A program made the position numbers and the translations under genes. The notes under the pieces are model-generated. The model worked only from the letters and a program-made list of their open reading frames with translations, was not told where the DNA came from and ran no database searches. Shown here piece after piece: positions 57,595-64,000 of a DNA stretch of 64,000 nt. Every line of letters starts with the position of its first letter. Within the stretch, counting starts at the first letter, position 1. The DNA is from an uncultured Verrucomicrobiae bacterium (GTDB taxonomy: Bacteria; Verrucomicrobiota; Verrucomicrobiia; Chthoniobacterales; Terrimicrobiaceae). The stretch is from the NCBI GenBank assembly GCA_963847295.1, contig CAWJZG010000011.1, forward strand, positions 2,639-66,638, given 5' to 3'.

Positions 57595-58434
57595 TTGAGT
57601 CAAAGCCGCTCAATCTGCGAAAGATCGCGAGTGCCCGACTCTTTTCACCAAGCCGTCGACAAGGCGTTGCCAATATTGAACCGAATCCGCGAGGGATTCG
57701 GTCCCTATCCGACCGCGTCTGTCGCCTCGCTCGAAAAATTGAGAATCAGCGACACTGGCGGTCCTCTCTCGACCGAGGAGCCTTCGCCGGGCCAGCCTTC
57801 TCAGGCGGCGGCTGATTGGACTTTCGATTCCCTGCGCGAGGCCGCCCTTGTTTGCGTCAAGTGCCCTCACCTGGTGAGATCCCGCACCCAGGTGGTCTTT
57901 GGGGTTGGCAATCCCAAGGCCGAGCTGATGTTCATCGGTGAAGCTCCGGGCGCCGACGAAGACGCCCAGGGCGAACCGTTCGTGGGTCGCGCGGGACAGC
58001 TCCTAACCAAGATCATTCAGGCGATGGGTTTTCGACGCGAGGATGTTTACATCGCCAACGTCCTTAAGTGCCGTCCCGACATGCCTTCCGGCGCTTCGGG
58101 AAACCGAAAGCCGACGCCAGAGGAAATGAGCACCTGTTTGCCTTGGCTGGAAAAGCAAATTGATTTGATCAAACCCCGGGTGATGGTCGCTCTCGGTGCC
58201 ACGGCCGTCGAGGGCTTGCTCGGCGCCACGACCCCGTTGAGCAAGGTGCGCGGGCGCTGGCTCGATTTTCGCGGAATTCCGGTGATGGCCACGTACCATC
58301 CGGCTTATCTGCTCCGCAACCAGTCGATTTCGGAAAAGCGCAAAGTCTGGGAGGACATGCTTCAGGTCCTCGAACGACTTGGAAAATCGATCACCGAAAA
58401 GCAGCGAAGATTCTTCACGAAAAACGAGTCTTGA
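57595..58434 (+). CDS. Uracil-DNA glycosylase, family 4, with an N-terminal extension of about 90 aa
   Basis: [30 protein letters not shown]. Confidence 0.8.
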   Translation: MSQSRSICERSRVPDSFHQAVDKALPILNRIREGFGPYPTASVASLEKLRISDTGGPLSTEEPSPGQPSQAAADWTFDSLREAALVCVKCPHLVRSRTQVVFGVGNPKAELMFIGEAPGADEDAQGEPFVGRAGQLLTKIIQAMGFRREDVYIANVLKCRPDMPSGASGNRKPTPEEMSTCLPWLEKQIDLIKPRVMVALGATAVEGLLGATTPLSKVRGRWLDFRGIPVMATYHPAYLLRNQSISEKRKVWEDMLQVLERLGKSITEKQRRFFTKNES

Positions 58435-58555
58435 AGCGGGTATCTCACATTTCCAGCGTGAATTGGTGTGGGTTCGACCGCGCAAGCAATAGCTCCGCGC
58501 GAGCGCAAAACGTTTCCACTGCAGGCGTGCACGGCGTCGAGAAAGCCTCGCCGGT

Positions 58556-59332
58556 TTGGGGAGCCTCACGCGGCGAGAATCCGAACCCCATGGAAATAAC
58601 CGTGAGGGTGTTACCGGCGTGAGTTTCGCCCACCGTGTTTGGCGCGAATGCCTCTGGCAGTTTGCCACCAAGACGCTGCTTCTTATCTTGGCAACAGGCG
58701 CGCGAATCCGGGTGATCTTCTATCATGATCTGCCAAAGAATTGCGGCTTTATTCTCGCCTCGAATCATATCAGCCATTTCGATCCGCCGATCATCACGCT
58801 CTCCTTTCCGCGAAGGATCGATTGGATCGCCATGTCGAACCTGTTTCGTGGCCGCGTTATGCGCCGGCTTTTCTCTGACCTCAATGTGATTCCGATCGAG
58901 CGCAACGGCCCCGACCGCGCAGCGTTGCGTACCGCGGCGGGGAGACTCAAGGAAGGGCGGGTTGTCGGGATTTTTCCAGAGGGTGGCATCAGGGATGGCG
59001 CCGCCTCCATAGTTAACGGAGCGGAAATGAAACAGGGAGTCAGCCTGCTTTTCGCGCTCTCGGACGCGCCGGTCATCCCTTGCGTAATTCTCGGAAGCGA
59101 CCGTCTTTATAACTTTCGGCATTGGCTGCCGTGGCGCCGTGCGAAAGTTTTTGTCGGATACGGCAAACCCATTTTACCATCAGGACACGTGGCTGGCGAA
59201 AACAAGAAAGACTACGTCCGAAAGCTATTCGGCTCGGAAATCTTGGAATTGAAGGAGCGCCTCTGCGAAGATTTCGGCCTGACGGAAGCCGACCTGCCAC
59301 ACCCTCCCAGGCAGCGCATGAGAGAGCCGTAA
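58556..59332 (+). CDS. Lysophospholipid (1-acyl-sn-glycerol-3-phosphate) acyltransferase family
   Basis: NHISHFDP (HX4D), FPEGG. No ATG is available; the start is TTG 58556 or, more plausibly, GTG 58619. Confidence 0.75.
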   Translation: MGSLTRRESEPHGNNREGVTGVSFAHRVWRECLWQFATKTLLLILATGARIRVIFYHDLPKNCGFILASNHISHFDPPIITLSFPRRIDWIAMSNLFRGRVMRRLFSDLNVIPIERNGPDRAALRTAAGRLKEGRVVGIFPEGGIRDGAASIVNGAEMKQGVSLLFALSDAPVIPCVILGSDRLYNFRHWLPWRRAKVFVGYGKPILPSGHVAGENKKDYVRKLFGSEILELKERLCEDFGLTEADLPHPPRQRMREP

Positions 59333-59391
59333 ACCTCCACGATGATCGGTTGGCAGGTAAGACTGGCGTCGAGAGCCACATTCGGGCACCT

Positions 59392-60351
59392 ATGATGCGC
59401 GCGATTGAGAGGGCCCTCGCCTACGTCATGGATGGCGCCATGTGCAGCACGATGAATGTGCTGCAATGGCGGCATAAGGGTAATGTCTGCTCCCTGGAAG
59501 AACTTCAGTCCTATCTCTCGGCATGCTCCGGGCTTTCGCGCGAGGAGTTTTATCGGGTGCCTCCAACGTCTGGCAAACGCCGGGACGGAAATTGGATCGA
59601 ATGGGAAACACCGGTATTGAGCGGGTTTCCGGAAAACGACCGACCACGGGTGCGACTCCAACTGGGGAGCCGGGGAAGCTCGGGACCGACTGTCCTTCTT
59701 CTGCATGCGCTCATGAGCGCAAATGATTTTGGATACCTCCGGGTCGCGCGAAGACTCAATGAACGCGGCTGGAACACGGTTTTTCCTCATCTTCCCTTCC
59801 ACTACTCGCGCACGCCGCGAGGCTATTTGAATGGCGAACTCGCGATCACAGCCAATTTGATTCGCAATGGCGAAACACTCCGGCAGGGCGTGATCGAGCT
59901 TCGCCAGCTCATGGCGATGCTAAGGGAAGGAGGCTGTAAGGAATTTGGCATCCTCGGCACGAGCTTCGGCGGCTGGAATGGCGCGCTGCTAAGTTTCCTC
60001 GAAACCGATTTTCGATTCGTCGCGCTCATCCAGCCGATCGTAAACATCGAGCATGCGATTTGGCAGAGCCCCGGCTCGATCTTGATGCGAAGGTTCCTGC
60101 GCTCAAGAGGAGTTCTGCCCGGCGAAAGCGAACGACACGCGCACTTGACTTCGCCGCTTCACGGCGTGCCGCTCTGCGGAGGGGAGCGCGTTGTCATCAC
60201 GGCGGGCGCTTACGATAGTGTTTCCCCGGCAAGGGAACTTCTCAATCTTAAGCATCGCTGGCCCGGCGCAAAGCTTCTGCAGGTGAGACAGGGTCATTTC
60301 GGCTATCGCGCGCTAAGGGAGACGCTCAAGGAGATCGAGAGATTCCTGTAG
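59392..60351 (+). CDS. Alpha/beta hydrolase fold protein
   Basis: Trimmed to ATG 59392. LLLHALMS.., GILGTSFGGWNG (GxSxG). Confidence 0.6.
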   Translation: MMRAIERALAYVMDGAMCSTMNVLQWRHKGNVCSLEELQSYLSACSGLSREEFYRVPPTSGKRRDGNWIEWETPVLSGFPENDRPRVRLQLGSRGSSGPTVLLLHALMSANDFGYLRVARRLNERGWNTVFPHLPFHYSRTPRGYLNGELAITANLIRNGETLRQGVIELRQLMAMLREGGCKEFGILGTSFGGWNGALLSFLETDFRFVALIQPIVNIEHAIWQSPGSILMRRFLRSRGVLPGESERHAHLTSPLHGVPLCGGERVVITAGAYDSVSPARELLNLKHRWPGAKLLQVRQGHFGYRALRETLKEIERFL

Positions 60352-60475
60352 CGAGCCGCTGAGTTCTCGTCGCTGGGTTGTAAGCCGTAAAATACCTCGG
60401 GATTCGCCATTTGGGCCTGCCCTCTGGCACGAAACTCCTCATTTGTCTTTCTTGGAAAACAGAATCGAGGGAGCA

Positions 60476-62425
60476 TTATATTAGCATCTTCCGATAGGTC
60501 GCCAGCGCAAGCAGCGGGAAGTGCTGGCGGTACATGTCGTATTTGAGATAGAAGACGCGAGGAAATCCGGTGCCTGTGGTATAGTCTTCAGTCCAGGATC
60601 CGTCTTTGTTTTGAGCGCGGAGGAGGTATTCGACACCGCGCTGGATGGAGTCGCGGTTCGGGTCGCAGCAGGCGCAGAGTCCCATAACCGCCCAGGAGGT
60701 CTGGCTGGCGGTGCTGGAACCGCGACCTTTGAGGGCAGGAAAGTTGTAGGATTCGCAGGTCTCGCCCCAGCCGCCATCGTCGTTCTGGCAGCTTTCGAGC
60801 CAGTCGCAGGCGCGGCGGATCCATTGCTGGTCCATGTTCTCGCCGATCGCGGCGAGTCCGCGCAGAATCTGCCAGGTGCCGTAAATGTAGTTCACTCCCC
60901 AGCGACCGTACCACGATCCGTCGGCTTCCTGAGTGGTGCGAATCATTTCCACGGCTCGGCGGACGAGCATGCTCTGCCGGTCGAAACCAATGGTGCCGAG
61001 GAGCTCGAGCACGCGGCCGGTGAGATCAGAACAGGTGGGGTCGAGAATGGCATTGTGATCGGCAAACGGGACGTGTTCCAGCCAGCGGGCGGTGACGTCT
61101 TTGTCGAAGGCGGCCCAGCCGCCATCCTTGCACTGGAAGGCGAGCAGCCAAGCCAAGGCGCGGTCGGTTTGCTCTCTCCGCTTCGATGGATTGGAGGGTG
61201 CCACGTGCCGAAGCGCCATGAGCACCATCATGGTATCATCGGTGTCCGGATAGTATTTATTCTCGTGCTCGAAGGCCCAACCGCTGGGTTCAACGCCCGA
61301 GACGTGCACAGCCCAGTCGCCCTTGAAGCGCACTTCCTTTTTTTCCAACCACGCGGCGGACTTCTCCAAAGCCGGGTGATTTTTGGGCAGACCCGATTCG
61401 GCGAGCGCGATGGTGGTGATGGCGCTGTCCCAGACAGGAGAGAGGCAGGGTTGGATCCGAAAATCGTCTCCATCGTCCACGAAGAAGCCGGCAAAGTCGC
61501 GGTCGGCCTTCTTTACGAGCGGATGATCGTCCGGGTAGCCGAGAACGCGCAATGCCATCATGGCATTGAGCATGGCTGGGAAGATGGCGCCAAGGCCTTC
61601 GCTTCCCTCGCCCATTCGCTCGACCATCCATGTTTCGGCGGCCTTAAGGGCCCGCCGGCGGAGAGGGTGGATGGGGACTTTGTCGTAGAGTTTGAGGAAT
61701 TTGTCGCAACGCAGGAAAAAGTTTTGCCAGGCCCAGAAGCGCGGATGCTTTTTAAGGGAGAGATCGGTATTTTCAAGTCCGGCGGGATACAGCTCGTGGA
61801 GCTGCATGGAGGACGAAAGGTGGCGCGTGGGCTTGTAGTGATTGAGGATTGTCAGCGGCGCGATGATCGTGCGGCTCCACGAAGACATCTCGTAAAGGTT
61901 GAAAAAAAACCATTTCGAGAAGAGGAAGATTTCCGGCGGCACGGTGGGCAGGTATTGCCACGGAAACTGGCCGAGAAGGGCCAGGTAAAGCTTTCCGTAC
62001 GTGTTTATTTGCGGGATACCGCCGAGGCGGAGGACATTCGCGCGGGCCTCCCGCATCCACGCGGCGTTGGGCGAGTCTCCGGCGAGCTTGAGCGCGAAGT
62101 AGGCCTTGACGGAGGCGTTGATTTCGCTCGGGCCGCCGATAAAAATATTCCAGCCGCCGTCGGCGAGCTGGCGGCGGCGGATATGGGCAGCGCATTTGTC
62201 CTGCAGGGATTCGTCCACCTTCCCAAGCCAATGCATGTAGATGACGTAGTCGCAGCAAAGGGTCGCATCGGCAAGCAGCTCACCCTCCCAGTGACCGTCG
62301 GGTTTTTGGAGGCGAAGCAGATTTCCCTGAGCGCGGCGGATGCAATCCTCGACGGAGAGTGGCTCCGGAAGAACGGAGAGAGCCGGAACTTCGAAAGGAA
62401 GGACTTTGGAGGCGGCGAGACTCAT
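60476..62425 (-). CDS. shc: Squalene-hopene cyclase
   Basis: Multiple QW repeats (Q..DGGWG / DGSW) and the catalytic YYPDTDDTMMV (DxDD). Confidence 0.95.
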   Translation of the reverse strand: MSLAASKVLPFEVPALSVLPEPLSVEDCIRRAQGNLLRLQKPDGHWEGELLADATLCCDYVIYMHWLGKVDESLQDKCAAHIRRRQLADGGWNIFIGGPSEINASVKAYFALKLAGDSPNAAWMREARANVLRLGGIPQINTYGKLYLALLGQFPWQYLPTVPPEIFLFSKWFFFNLYEMSSWSRTIIAPLTILNHYKPTRHLSSSMQLHELYPAGLENTDLSLKKHPRFWAWQNFFLRCDKFLKLYDKVPIHPLRRRALKAAETWMVERMGEGSEGLGAIFPAMLNAMMALRVLGYPDDHPLVKKADRDFAGFFVDDGDDFRIQPCLSPVWDSAITTIALAESGLPKNHPALEKSAAWLEKKEVRFKGDWAVHVSGVEPSGWAFEHENKYYPDTDDTMMVLMALRHVAPSNPSKRREQTDRALAWLLAFQCKDGGWAAFDKDVTARWLEHVPFADHNAILDPTCSDLTGRVLELLGTIGFDRQSMLVRRAVEMIRTTQEADGSWYGRWGVNYIYGTWQILRGLAAIGENMDQQWIRRACDWLESCQNDDGGWGETCESYNFPALKGRGSSTASQTSWAVMGLCACCDPNRDSIQRGVEYLLRAQNKDGSWTEDYTTGTGFPRVFYLKYDMYRQHFPLLALATYRKMLI

Positions 62426-62509
62426 CGCGGATGGGAACTATCCACGGCTTACCCGGACTGATGCGGACTCAGTCGACTCCGAAGCGGCCGGGGAAATCTG
62501 CGGATCATT

Positions 62510-63817
62510 TCATGCCGCCGCGGGTTGTCGTGTGGAGGGACGTCCCGTTTTGTGGCCATTTCCGGCGGTGACGCCGTTGAACGGATTGACGACCGCGCCT
62601 TCGGCGCGGGGTGCGGGCTTGGGAGCAAAGTTAAACGTGATGTTCTGCCAGGTGTCCCCGCGTTTTGCGCAGCGACCCAGAGTGGCGCTGGGCTCGTAGC
62701 CGCAGTGCACCATGCAGTTTTCGCAACGCTTGTCGCGTGCCACGCCGTCTACGACGCCGTAATTCTCCCACTCGGTCTTCTCGAGCAATTCGCGATAGCT
62801 CGAATAGTGGCCGTCAGTCATCAGATAGCAAGGGGCTTTCCAGCCGCGGATATTGCGCGTCGGGATAGCCCAGGCGGAGCAGGTCAACTCGCGTTTGCCG
62901 GCCAGGAAATCGAGATAGATCGGCGTTCCAAAAAACGTGTAGCGATCGCCCCACTCGCGAACGTTCTTGAACTTTTCCTTAGTCATTGCGCGCGTCAGGA
63001 AAAAATTTTCCGGCTGAAGGTTTAGCCTTTTGCGCATGTCCTCCTTCGCGGAATCATAGTCGTAGCCGGGCGAAATGGTATGTCCGTCCACTCCGAGCCA
63101 TGAGAGGTAATCGTACATCTTTTCGAGCTCAGCCATCTCGGTCTCCTTGTAGACCGTGGTGTTGGTCGCAACCTGGTAACCAAGAATTTTCGCCATTCGA
63201 ATTGCGGCGATGCACTCCTTGAAAACGCCTTCGCGCTCGACGATCAGGTCGTGTGTGCGCTCCAAACCGTCCAGATGGACATTCCAATACATCCACGGTG
63301 AGGGAGAAATGATGGGATGGACGGGTTTGCCCTTCGGCTTCCGAATTTCCTCGACTTGGGCAGAAGTGACAAGCTCTTCGGACAGGAGCGTGTTTAGTTT
63401 TCTGTTCAAATCACTTTCGGTCCCGCCGGAAGCGTGAACTTTGGCGAATTCTTGCGCCAAATAGTCGCGCATTTTTTTGCGCATGAACATGCCGTTCGTG
63501 CATATATAGACGATGCGTTTCTGGCCGAGCAAACCAGTCACAAGAGCCTCGATTTGGGGATAGATGAGCGGTTCACCCCCGCAAATGGAAATCATGGGCG
63601 CTCCGCACTCTTGAGCTGCGCCCAGGCAATCTTCGAGGCTCATCACGTCCTTAAGCGATGTTGAATACTCGCGAATTCGTCCGCACCCCGTGCACGTGAG
63701 GTTGCAGGTGTGCAAGGGCTCAAGCTGGAGGACAGTGGCGAACTTCTCCACGCCCCGCAGCTTTTTGCCGATGATGTATTTGGCTATCTTCGCCGTCAGG
63801 GGCAGAGGAAACCTCAT
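62510..63817 (-). CDS. hpnH: Hopanoid-associated radical SAM protein, adenosyl-hopene transferase HpnH
   Basis: LEPLHTCNLTCTGCGRIREY (CxxxCxxC) and ISICGGEPL. It lies directly upstream of shc on the same strand. Confidence 0.85.
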   Translation of the reverse strand: MRFPLPLTAKIAKYIIGKKLRGVEKFATVLQLEPLHTCNLTCTGCGRIREYSTSLKDVMSLEDCLGAAQECGAPMISICGGEPLIYPQIEALVTGLLGQKRIVYICTNGMFMRKKMRDYLAQEFAKVHASGGTESDLNRKLNTLLSEELVTSAQVEEIRKPKGKPVHPIISPSPWMYWNVHLDGLERTHDLIVEREGVFKECIAAIRMAKILGYQVATNTTVYKETEMAELEKMYDYLSWLGVDGHTISPGYDYDSAKEDMRKRLNLQPENFFLTRAMTKEKFKNVREWGDRYTFFGTPIYLDFLAGKRELTCSAWAIPTRNIRGWKAPCYLMTDGHYSSYRELLEKTEWENYGVVDGVARDKRCENCMVHCGYEPSATLGRCAKRGDTWQNITFNFAPKPAPRAEGAVVNPFNGVTAGNGHKTGRPSTRQPAAA

Positions 63818-64000
63818 GGGCCGGGATTAGAAGCAAGCATCGCCCCTCTGTCAATGTTTCTGGACAAATTGACCGTCGCGATCAGGCGGGATGCGAATAC
63901 GTGGTAGTATTCAACGGGCGCGGTTGATGCGAACGCGACCTGACCGCGCCCTCCGGCACGCGGGAACCCAGGTCAGGTGATGTCCGGCTCTACCACTTCG

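Noticed and set aside
60521-62461. 646-aa ORF on the plus strand
   Set aside because: It is exactly antisense to the squalene-hopene cyclase gene, which has unmistakable motifs. Long antisense ORFs are expected at this GC content. The same applies to 24325..25359, 7372..8118, 21586..22719, 17065..18015, 36544..37335, 55195..55935 and 40299..41186.
63901-64000. tRNA-like (GTGGTAGAGCC on the minus strand) and SRP-RNA-like (CCAGGTCAGGT) motifs at the right edge, within an imperfect long hairpin
   Set aside because: I could not build an anticodon arm or T-arm for a tRNA. The conserved SRP helix-8 GGAA/AGCA motifs are absent. The region is also truncated by the window end.

Overview
GC-rich bacterial chromosomal window. 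The envelope is Gram-negative in type (lpxI/lpxB, an RND pump) and hopanoid genes shc/hpnH are present. Lineage cannot be fixed from sequence alone; the gene content resembles soil Verrucomicrobia- or Acidobacteria-like organisms, but that is a guess. From about 24 kb to 64 kb the genes are mostly intact housekeeping and metabolic genes: an M4 protease with an inhibitor-like partner, IDH, glnB, uppP, lpxI/lpxB, an adenylate cyclase, UbiD, bioF/pdxJ, a GH2 mannosidase, UDG, shc and hpnH. Many of these are translationally coupled by ATGA (one GTGA) start/stop overlaps. The left third (1-23.5 kb) is a decaying accessory region built around tRNA-Asn and tRNA-His. It holds a conjugative relaxase remnant, at least ten disrupted genes, a tandemly duplicated DUF899 module, a MITE-like element, and an RND pump inactivated by an internal deletion. 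The most unusual signal is at the tRNA loci. One T-loop position of tRNA-Asn is the shared breakpoint for two structures. The first is a near-identical 114-bp tandem array of tRNA 3'-end copies. The second is a GIY-YIG ORF flanked by the intact tRNA and a degenerate tRNA copy. The degenerate copy has two loop segments replaced by the same 14-bp palindrome. tRNA-His carries an analogous ~116-bp duplication whose insert shares GCGAAGC motifs with the Asn array. No CRISPR array, rRNA gene or recognisable defence operon was seen. All calls come from reading and translating the sequence by eye; no database search was run.
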